Assembly: GCF_040938485.1 (NCBI RefSeq)
Contig: NW_027271282.1
Coordinates: 310,001-374,000, forward strand
Source: Diadema antillarum
Taxonomy: Eukaryota
Length of the DNA stretch: 64,000 nt
Reading direction: 5' to 3'
The notes beneath the pieces are model-generated. The model was not told the origin of the DNA. It did no database searches and saw only the letters and a program-made list of their open reading frames with translations. This document shows, in pieces, positions 25,770 to 49,078 of the stretch; the stretch's first letter is position 1, and the number at the start of each line of letters is the position of its first letter. The translations under genes were made by a program, and so were the position numbers.

Positions 25770-26013
25770 AAAATTCTCACTTTTGATCCTTGATAGTTAA
25801 AAAAATTATTTATCTGATAACACTGACATTGATATGAGCAATAGCTGAGTAGTGTACAATCTTGTTGGAGGTAGTTTGAAAATGATAGCATAAATCAGTT
25901 TCATTAAATAGTCGAGACTCCTGAAGGTGGAGGCCACCGAAAATGCGAGCCTAATAAACTAATTCTTTATTGGCAATATAATGCATTAATAGTTCTTGAT
26001 TCTTCGTTATATA

Positions 26014-26050
<37 letters not shown>

Positions 26051-26051
<1 letters not shown>

Positions 26052-26281
26052 ACGAAGAATAAACCGGTAATGCAATATTTCGCCAATATAGAGTTTATTG
26101 AGCAACTCAAATTTTCGGTGGCTTCCATCCACCTTCTTCAGGAGTCTCGACGCGGAATGAGACTCCTGAAGAAGGTGAATGGAAGCCACCGAAAATTTGA
26201 GTTGCTCAATAAACTCTATATTGGCGAAATATTGCATTACCGGTTTATTCTTCGTTAAATTGGAGCCAATACGTGAATTCG

Positions 26282-26286
<5 letters not shown>
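26051..26286. mobile_element. Near-perfect palindrome (~98-bp arms, 10-bp loop) plus a 30-bp tail, embedded in (TA)n
   Basis: aacgaagaataaaccggtaatgc...caggagtctc|gacgcggaat|gagactcctg...gcattaccggtttattcttcgtt; one mismatch seen. Confidence 0.85.
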
Positions 26287-26360
<74 letters not shown>

Positions 26361-27274
26361 TCGGCACGCCGTACACCGGGGTACCGTTGTAACCCGGGGT
26401 ACCGCGTTGTACAGCGCCATCTCATGCCCATTATTTTATAATGCGTATCCGAATTCAGATACGCCGATTCCGAATTCGGATACGGCAAAGTCGTAGCAAT
26501 GAACTAGCACCATAGGTGTTTTTCGAAGTACACTTGCATGCATTAATTGTTGCATAATCACAAATAAGAAAACATTTTTGTGCATAATAATACTAAAACA
26601 TATTTTGACACATTTTTTGGTAAGCCAGGGTACAGCGCTGAAAAAAAAAATTAATTCAACATAATATATAAATAATTAATTCAACAAAATGGCGAATTTT
26701 CATTTAGTACCCCAGGGTACCAAATATTGCATCATATATGTAACGACAACAATGATGAGCCGGGACTCGCTATGTTGGTTACGATGTTCTTTTTAATTCG
26801 CAGGTTCTGATCGTCAAAACCGAACCCCCTGCCAGAGACGAAGATAGCTGACTCCCGATCACTCGCTCTGCTTCACAATATCTTGATGCTTCCTCGTTGT
26901 CCAAGATTCCAATATGAAGTGAGGAGAGGAAAACTTCTCTATTTATTGGGTTTAGGACCCTTCCCAAAGATATATTTTAACTTTAAATTCCAATCCACCG
27001 ACGCACAGTTCTACGTCACTGTTACTGCCACTTTGTTTGGGTGGAGGGCTATATCTGATGGCTATGAGGTCTAGCTTGACCCAAGGAGGGCAGAGAGTGG
27101 ACATTATGCCCAAATTTGGCAAGTAAAAGTGGAGAATGTGAGCGGAAAGATTGGACTTCCTGAATGACGCAGGGTGACTCATTTGTCAAAAAAATGTATA
27201 TTTACGTTACTTTTGTTTTAATGTTGATTCTCAAAAATCTTTCTTTCTCTTTGTTTTGGCAAAATCCACAATGT

Positions 27275-27319
<45 letters not shown>

Positions 27320-28862
27320 GTGTTACAAAAAAAAACATTTTTCACTTTTGATCCTTGATAGTTAAAAAACTATTATTATATCTGATAACACTGACATTGA
27401 CATGAGCAATAGCTGAATAGTGTACAACTTTGTTGGAGGCAATTTGAAAATGATAGCATAGGCCTAAATCAGTTTCATTAACATGATTAAATTCAAGATC
27501 TATTTTTCAGTTAGATTTCAGATTTTGCTCTGTTTTCAACCCTCTGAACAAAATTTTAGTTTTGCACAGGGATCAATAATTGGTGTGTATGCCAGTATGT
27601 GGTTAACACCCTGACAATGGTCCTGAACAAATGGCCAGGATTGGAATGCTCTATTACATGTCAATGAGAAATCCCACTACCTCAGCTTTAGTCTTTATTC
27701 ATCCTGAAATGTAGTGTATGCAAGCATATGGAAACATATGCGTATTTTTTCATACTCATTCATTTTACCCTTTACCATGAATTCAGACTAGCGGTGCCTG
27801 CATGGGGCAATCCATCATGAATGATTAATAAAGCATTCATTGTATGCCTTGGAGCAAGAGTCCAGCTAGCAGAGCTCTTAAAAAGGTGGTATATTTTGTG
27901 GTATTCACGTCTATTGTCCAGGGTCATTGTAAGCACACACTCACATACACATCATTGAATCTTGTGTAAAGTTCAAGTTTGTACTGATGGTTGAAATTTA
28001 ACTAAAAATCTGAAACTTAACTTTAAAAGTAATCATGGATTTAACGTAACTGATTCATGCTCTCATACTCAAATCGCCTCCAACTAAATAGTACACTATC
28101 TTTAAACTATTACTCATGTCGATGACAATGTTATCCGATACACAGTTTTCGAATTATCAAAAGTGGAAAATGTTTTTACCTAGATTTATGGTTCAACATC
28201 AAAACAGCATGGCTTTGATGCAAGACTCTCCAGAACAGTTATGACAGCCTTAACGTTCCTCAGAGTGCTACCATCTGTTGAGCATTTAAAATGTATTAAC
28301 TGTTTAGGTAGACATTGTTGATCGTATATCTGGTCTGCAGTCACATTCTTATACCTCAAGGTTTTCACTGTGGAAGTCTGATCGGTCCATTCTGTTTGCA
28401 TACACAATGCTCTTAATCATAATAATCGTGACATCCAACGATGCAATAGACCGCTCTATCTATACTTGCACACTCTGGTGACGCAAACATTTACGTGATA
28501 TCTTTCACTTTCAGGTAGTTTCAATTATGATGTTTAACCTATAAATGAATGATACTAGATGGTATCATAAACGTAGTATCTTCTAGAAATCTTAATGTTT
28601 CTATGATAGTACTATAGAGCAAAATAGTGTCATCGTCTTGTTACGCAATATTGTTAAGCTTATTTTTACAATTCCGTGATTGATGAATGACTGTTATGTT
28701 TTACTGCATGTCTCATGCTCAGTTATGAAGTATACAGAAAATTAATAAAGATACTGTCTTATGTTTCATCTTACTATCTACTTCATGACTGAAATTTCTT
28801 TCTAATTTTTCTCCATTGCAAGACGCTTACAGCTTAGAAACGTTGTAATAAGCGCTTTATAA

Positions 28863-29039
28863 NNNNNNNNNNNNNNNNNNNNNNNNNNNNNNNNNNNNNN
28901 NNNNNNNNNNNNNNNNNNNNNNNNNNNNNNNNNNNNNNNNNNNNNNNNNNNNNNNNNNNNNNNNNNNNNNNNNNNNNNNNNNNNNNNNNNNNNNNNNNNN
29001 NNNNNNNNNNNNNNNNNNNNNNNNNNNNNNNNNNNNNNN
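28863..29039. other. Assembly gap (N run)
   Basis: Direct reading. Confidence 1.
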
Positions 29040-29904
29040 TTTTCAAAAGTGTGGGGGCCCACTTTCGGGTTTCATGGGCTAACAAGCAAAAAAAAAAAGA
29101 AAAGAAAAGAAAAAAAAAAGGTCTTCAGTGGAAAACATTACCTTATCGCGCTCATACTACAGGATCTCTGTATATTTCTATTCAGTGCCACTTACGTACT
29201 TCCGGACGCAAAAAAAAAGTGTGGGGGTCAAAGTGATGACACCTTATCACCTTATGTACTGTATTCCTTTGCATGGTGCACAAAAAGTGTGAGGGCCCGA
29301 GCCCCCATGTGTCATGGCCCCCACGGTTCCGCCGGCCATGATTATTATTATTAAAGTCTTGACTCTTGTCAAATTCTGTTGCACACGAGGATGGGTTGAA
29401 ATAAGTGTGAACAACTTCAGTCGTTGCATCGACGTTGTTTTTCATACCACTCTGATGTCTGAAATACTGAAATATCCACATTTGAAATCTTTTCAATGAA
29501 TATAAAAAATCAGCAAATGATGAAAAAGCATTAAGCATTGGTACCGATCAACCAAGTTAAGTATTGACTTAGTTTTGATATGACTCCCTTTCCTTCGTCA
29601 GGGGTACTGTCTAACACCCCAATATTGGGCCAACTGGACAGAGGGTCCGTCGATGTTTGGGGCCTTAGAATATAATTTGCTTTCAAGGCCTTGCTCTTGA
29701 ATGATTTGGAGACCTGCAGCGAAAAATAATTCCACTTCGACAGTTCTCGCTCTTTCTTTGTCTTTTTTTCTTTTTATATAATCGGCACTTCACCCATTTA
29801 TAGCTTTGTGTGTCTCTTTGATCATTTACTTTATTGATCAACTCAATATCTATGATTTGAATTTGAATTTGAATTTTCATTAATACATACAGTCATTCAT
29901 TTCT

Positions 29905-30267
29905 GGGGGGCATTTCATGAAGCATTTTGTCCAACAAAGTTGTCAGACAAAGTTGCTCTCAGCCATTCAGATGCAAGGATTTCAGTAGCTTGCAACAGTT
30001 TGTCAGAAAAATATCCGACCAAACTGCTTCATGAAATGCCCCCCCCCCCCCCCCCCCCAGCTCTGCCCCTGCCCTGGGCCCCGTCTTTGTGATTGATTAA
30101 AATTAATCACAACTTTACAATTGAATGCAAATTCATCTTATAAAATAGTTATGATTGAAATTAAGACAGAGAACTGCCATCAATCAATCACAGGTTGCGA
30201 TTGATTGAAGCTTTCAAGAGATTTGTGATTGATTGATTTCTATCACAAGTTTTATAAGACAGGGCCC
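29905..30267. mobile_element. Two adjacent Harbinger-like MITEs (~29905-30057 and 30076-30267) just upstream of PSMC5
   Basis: ggggggcatttcatgaagca / tgcttcatgaaatgcccccc and gggccccgtctt / aagacagggccc termini. Confidence 0.75.
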
Positions 30268-30373
30268 ATCCAACCTGCAGCACACTTACATTTAGGCAGA
30301 CAGGTTTGATGCGCTCTGAAGGCTGCCCTCAACGTCACATTTCATTCAGGGGATCTTTCTTTACATGCCGAAA

Positions 30374-42708
<12,335 letters not shown>

Positions 42709-44675
42709 ATTTTCAGAAGAGGAAGTATGACACGTGCTAGATGCAAATTCTAAGAAATGTTAGACTGCTTGTACAGGACTTCTGGAGTTAATCCTGAAAG
42801 AGTCTACTTGTTCATATGTAGGAGAGTTGTGTGTGTAATAAGGGAGAGAGCGGGAGAGAGAGATATAGAGAGAGGGAGAGAAAAAGAGATGGAGAGAAAA
42901 TACATTTGTAAGAAATAGTAGTAGAAAACAAAATTGCAACTACATTTTACAGAATATGTAAATGACATATGAAGACTTCTCATTTGTGACAAGGACCTCT
43001 TTACTGTGTACACCATTTATGGAGCGAGTCTAATTTTTTGTGAATCGGAACTTCCTGACAATTTCACATGTAAAACTTGCAATTGTGGAGTACAGAAGTG
43101 AACAGAGAAATATATGCATAAATCACTGCATGTTTGCAATTCACATGTGGATTAGAGTTCGTTCGTTTTTTGTTTTTTTTTTTCTTTTTGGTGTTAGATT
43201 TGCAAGTAGCATCTGACTTGCCAAATTTGTGAAAATGAAAACTGTCAAACATGTGTGACGTATACATTATATGTCTACATGTTATTGCTTGAAAGTCATT
43301 AATTGTGACAAATGAGAAGAGAATGGGTAGGTCAGGTCCTCAATTTTATGATGACTAACACATTTTTAAACAAGGAATTCCATACCTTGTGCCACTTACA
43401 TGTTGGTTGCAAGTCCAGCTGTTATGAGCTATTAAAATTTACTGTCATATGCTCAAATTGCAGAGTATGTGACCGCAACACTTACTACACTTTTTTTTGG
43501 TTGTCATTGTGGAGCATTTCAGTTTAAGATTTTAATGTTGAGTACCTGCATTCTTGCTGAAAATAAGACTCCTTATCTCATGGAGACTTGCTAAGGACAA
43601 GGAGACACTGGTCAAATTGATTAAAGCAGTGAAGAAGACAGTGGAATGAATGGAAGAATTCAAATCTTGTATAATTGTTCATTCTGTGCTTCAGAGAGAG
43701 TACCAGTTAAATACAATAGCTCCGTGGCGATAATACTTTAAAAATACCTTTTGGATTTGAAGAATGCAAAGTTAAACTGGATGGTTCTGGTGTATGATCT
43801 TCATCTTAGATCGCCATGCTTGTGACAAGCTGTGGTACACTGAAATTTGATAACCATATTGATGTTGTCAGGAATGAGATAGATTGAGTTGTTACGTGGG
43901 TAAATTCCTGAAATCACGTCCCCTGCAGGGTAGAACATTGACTGGTATTCAATATAAATGCATCATATGTTATGTGTAATGCATGTTCATGAAGTCTTTG
44001 ATGTCCAAAGGCTGTCCCTGAGCAAAACATGTTACTGCTTTCACTTCTGGTATTTTTTTCTTCATTTTTTTAAATATTTTTTTTATAGGTGTCTTTGTGG
44101 CTGACAAAATATGTCCCGATCTTACAAGGTTTTGTCATGTGTATTGTCAGAATTTGTAACAAGCCGATGATATTTGAGTGATGTCCAAATAATTTCATTT
44201 CAACTTCAATCATTCTGAGCAGAAAAATATAATAAATGGATTCAACATGTTACTGGTGATTGTGTTGTGTCCGAGTTCATTTTATGATAACCAGTGTAAT
44301 GGCATCACCAGATGAGAGGCAATTAGCTCATAGCCTCACACACTCAGCTGACGTAAAGCCATTTAGGGCTTCTTTTACACATATCTAAAGCAATGTAGGT
44401 GTAACGCATAAAGATAGATTGCATGTTGGTCAGAGACAGTCACACAGCAAGCTAGAAAAGTTAAGCGAGAGAGACAGAGAATGTTACAAAAAGACTAAAA
44501 ATACAAATAACAAAAAATGCAGCATGTATGGATCAGTCTTTGTGGGGTTTTAGTTGCTCTGTGTTTTCTGAGAAGATGGCTTTGTGCATTTGTGCTTGCA
44601 AGAATCAGCATGCATAGATTTTGCTTGTTGTATCAGAGGTGGTGCATACAAGCTCTCCCACCTGACTGATTCTTT

Positions 44676-44793
44676 GAAAGATGAAATTTTTGATCCATTC
44701 AACTTGGCTGGGTCTCATTGAATGTATCATTTCATCTCTCATCTCATTAAATATTCTGTCCATTGAACTCATAAACATTCATTATTTGTATAC
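44676..44793. repeat. Partial copy of the palindromic family at 46897-47287 and 47672-48170
   Basis: gaaagatgaaatttttgatccattcaac...ttgaatgtatcatttcatct...aaatattctgtccattg. Confidence 0.7.
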
Positions 44794-44919
44794 CATCATA
44801 CTGCACCAATACATGTACACTACACTACACACAGACTAAATGATTGTTGTCATTCATGTTGACATCTACATGAATATGCCTTTAAGTCTCCTATCGTACT
44901 ATATTTCATCCCCCCCCCC

Positions 44920-44951
<32 letters not shown>

Positions 44952-45385
44952 ACTATGTTACTCCTGTCCTGTTCTTAACTGGTCACTCATCCGACAAATC
45001 TACTTTAATTTTTTCCCAATTCAACTCACATGCATTTCAGTTTGGCCCTTCGCATGGGCACCTTTGAAACCCCTTCATACATACAGTAGGTAAGAATAAG
45101 CAAGTTAAATCACAGCCCTACAACATGCTTTATACAGTATGAAGCTTACAGAAGTTATTGCGATATTGCTAACCCCTATGTCTTATCCCCATGATTCTCG
45201 ACCCTTTTTCAACCCGAGGCCCATTTTGACACCTACATTTTTTTTTAAAGGCCCAGTTGGATCACATATCTTTTTATTTTTCATTTTGGCCAACATCGCG
45301 GCCCACCTGTGAGAGCTTTGGGGCCCGCTAGTGGAGAAGTGCAGTCTTATCCAATAGCAGTATATTTTTATCTCCAGTACTCTTA

Positions 45386-45712
45386 AGGCCACCGCACACT
45401 ACACGATCCGACTGGTCTTAAAGTCTTAAGCCAAGCTGGGTCTTAAGACCAGTCGTACGACCGGACACCGCACACTATACGACCCGACTGTAAAGCGCGC
45501 GCAGTGCGCACTACGCTTGCTTGCATTTTACTGCGTTGTGAATGGCTGAAAGCTCACGACTGGTCGTAGAAATTCAACATGTCAAATCTCTACGACTGGC
45601 GCTAAGACCCAGTCGTACGACCAGAAACTGGCAAGACTGTGACGTCACACTTCTAGTCTTAAGGTCTTAAGACCGGTGAATCGGGGCAAAATCGTGTAGT
45701 GTGCGGCGGGCT
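45386..45712. mobile_element. PIF/Harbinger MITE with TTA target duplication
   Basis: tta|aggccaccgcacactacacgat ... atcgtgtagtgtgcggcgggct|tta. Confidence 0.85.
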
Positions 45713-45964
45713 TTACTGAACTACCTGATGCCTCCTACCGTGTGTGTGTTGTTTTTGTTCTTGTTTTTTTATGTATACTTACATGTCCTCATGTGTGGTA
45801 TGGTTGAGTGGGAATTGTTTCTTTATCTGGTCATCCCTGTACTGTTATTGCCACCCCCCTCTCCAAAAAACGAAAACAAAAACAAAACGACAACAACAAC
45901 AAACTGACTTTCTGCAACAAGAACTTTAAAAATACCTAATCTATCAAAATGCAAATTTAGACTA

Positions 45965-46700
45965 CGAAACTGTAACTCAATCCTCACATCTTGCAGAAAA
46001 ACCCTGTTTGATTTGATTTGATTCAGTGGGCATGGAAAAATAGGGATCTTTGTGAAACATGTCAGAAATCCCTTCCCTCCAAAGTTTGCAAGGAGACATG
46101 CTGCCCATTATGTTCACACCATACAAAGTTGTTCATTGTGTTTGTGCATAGATATATATATCTTGAAAAAGTCACTGCTTGTTGCTTTTCATTTCAAACT
46201 ACTCGGTATTCAAATGAAATGAATAATCATCATCAAGAAGGAAGCACATTTCTGAGTTTTACAAATGTTGGTAAGATGTGAAAATGAATGATTAATGAAA
46301 GGTATTTATGATCATCTCATGGAAGACTGGAAGAAGCTCTTCCTCCGATAGCTTTTTGTTTTCTGCGTCAGTTGTCTTTTTCCTCTACAGTGTATTTTTT
46401 TTTGTGGTCAAGATGATCATAAGCAACAATATTTACATATTGTACCTATTTGTATACAGTTGTGTACTTACAATATTGATATGTTATGCACATAATTTGA
46501 ATTTATTTGTTAATTGCTACATGTTCAATTCATGTCAGTTGTGAGCAAAATATTTTCATTCAAATGGATGTCACTACCATCCAAGAGCCAAACTTAGAAG
46601 AAACGGACCCATTGCATGCCTTACGAAGATCCACATTTTGCCCTGTGACAACTGAACCAAATTAAGTGGGATTTTCTGCAAGATGTAGTTAACAAACTAC
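45965..46700. repeat. Longer relative of the 8424-8703 repeat
   Basis: Both ends align with the two halves of the 8.4-8.7 kb copy. Confidence 0.5.
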
Positions 46701-46896
46701 AGTTTTATACCCTGAATAAACATTTAGGTTTATTTGATTATTTTGAGAGTTATTAATGAGGAAAGTCTGAAAGTAAGTTTTGGTGGGACATACTGTATTA
46801 AACTACTCTGCACCTCAATCTCCGGTATAAAATTTATTGATTCACTCTTGTAAAGGCCAACACTGCAGGAACACTTGAAAGGGTTAGCAGATTGGA

Positions 46897-48170
46897 TATT
46901 ATGCAAATAATAATGTTCATGAATGCAATGTACAGAATATTTCACGAGGTGAAAGATGAAAGTATCCATTCAATGAGACGCAGCCGAGTTGAATGGATTG
47001 AACATTTCATCTTTTACCGAATAAATACTCTGTCCATTGCAGAAATCAAAAACATTTATTATTTGTTTTATATAACGCCTACAATGATCATTGTCATTTG
47101 ATGTTCTATTAATTTGGAAATAAGAGAGAATCTGAGATCATGAGTGCTCATGCATACACAAGTGCTTTACATGCGTAATGTGACGGGCTCTCAGCCAGTG
47201 TGCAATGGAGCAAATGGTATAGACCCAAAGTGACCTCTGTCAAACGACAAATCAAATGACAAGGATCTCTTCAGGCGTTATATAATACTGGATACTACAT
47301 GTACTTACGGAAGTACAAAATGTATGTGTCGCTTAGTTGAACTGTACATTCAGGATACACACCTTTTAAAATAGTGATAGTCAGCAATTCCACTGCAAGC
47401 AGTAACTTCATCCAGTAATTGTTTCTTGACGTACTGGGACATTGCTTTCATAAACTGTATTCCAGTGTTTCATGTGTTGTACATGTACACACATCAGTGC
47501 ACACTGCTTTAATACCCTACATGTGCATGTTATTCTTGACATGATGTTTCAAAGTAGGCAGCTGAATACATGCTTCAACTGATATGAAATGTTAAATGGA
47601 AGTCTATTATGATTGACACATAATTTTGAGCATGATGGCAGAATAATCTACAGCAGTATAAACTTTGATTTATATTTATATAACGCCTGAAGAGATCCTT
47701 GTAATTTGATTGGTTGTTTGACATTGATTATTCGGCCCATTTCACTATGACGTCATTATCCGTGCAATTGTGGTTCCATTTACCTTGCAATTTTGGATCT
47801 ATACGATTTGCTCCATTGCACGCTCACTGAGAGCCCGGCATACTACGCGTATACGCTTGTGTTTTGCAGTGTACAGTATGCAACAGCGGGCTACCTAGCG
47901 TAAAGCGCTAAGTGAACACTCTCGCGATCTCAGATTCTCTGTTGTTTCTAAATAAATAAAACATGAAAGGACAAGGATCTCTTTCAGGCGTTATATAAAA
48001 CAAATAATAAATGTTTTTCATTCGTGCAATGGACAGAATATTTCATTCTGTGAAAGATGAAATGTTTGATCCATTCAACGAGGCTGCGCCTCGTTGAATG
48101 GATCATTTCATCTTTCACCTCATGAAATATTCTGTCCATTGCACTAATAAACATTCATTATTTGTATAAT
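46897..48170. mobile_element. Two inverted copies (46897-47287 and 47672-48170) of one palindrome-containing element
   Basis: Shared gagaatctgagatc, gggctctcag, gtgcaatggagcaaat and acaaggatctcttcaggcgttatataa in opposite orientation; central palindrome atccattcaacgaggc-tgc-gcctcgttgaatggat at ~48069-48103. Confidence 0.75.
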
Positions 48171-49078
48171 AACATATGAGCTAAATACTAATAAAGTGAT
48201 ACCTCATTCAATGCAACATTATGTTTTGACTAATCACAGGAATTGTAGATGCATGGAAAATAAGAATTCAAAGCAAAGTAACTTCATTCCAATGGATAAG
48301 TTTAATGGAATACAGTATTTTACAATCTCTATTTACATCAAACAGTACATTCATAGAAACACTAATTGCTAAATATGAGTTTCCCATGTATATGAATGGA
48401 ATTCAGTTGTTTCAATTAAAGGAAACAACATAATAATTATGTTAACATTTCATCTCAAGCACAGATAATATTCGTGTTTTTGATATTTGCTTGTTTTATT
48501 TTGTTTCGACAAATTTGAAAAATAGGCAATGTGAAAAAAGAAGACATAGATATCGCAAAACTGAATGAATTTAGTGAATACATCTAGTGCCAAGATGGGT
48601 TGGTCTCATTTACATTTTTATATGCTAGCATTTTTCCCCAAGGGAATCTGCCACTTAATAGTAATCAGGTATACATGTAATTGTGTGACCATGTTCAGTA
48701 AGTTTCATGCTATTTTCTCTCCATTTACACCTGAAAATGAAATATGATCACACAAGAGCAGAGTATACATAATTATGCTCCCTACGTGATACATGTACAT
48801 AAATGCACATGTCCAAATGGTCCACATGTGCAAAAAGGAATTTGACTTTTCCGCCCAGAAACAGCTTCTTCAGTTAGTGTGCAATGCATCTCTGTAGTCT
48901 TGATGCATTGCAGTGTTCCACCACAGGAAGTTACTGGTAAGCCCACATCTTATACAACAGCTCCAACATGTGCACACATAAAACACAGCCACCCGATATG
49001 GCTTCATCAACAGCGTGCCCCTGGCAAACAGTGTTTATAGAGTTATTGTCATATGAGTCAGTGTGCAGGAAGACCTTT

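Noticed and set aside
25506-25891. ORFs containing X runs (also 28802-29085)
   Set aside because: Artefacts of translating through N gaps.
26007-26496. ORFs rich in IY repeats
   Set aside because: Translations of (TA)n tracts and the palindrome.
26804-26851. Acceptor-like tttaattcgcag followed by VLIVKTEPPARDEDS*
   Set aside because: Short, with no upstream partner exon; insufficient support.
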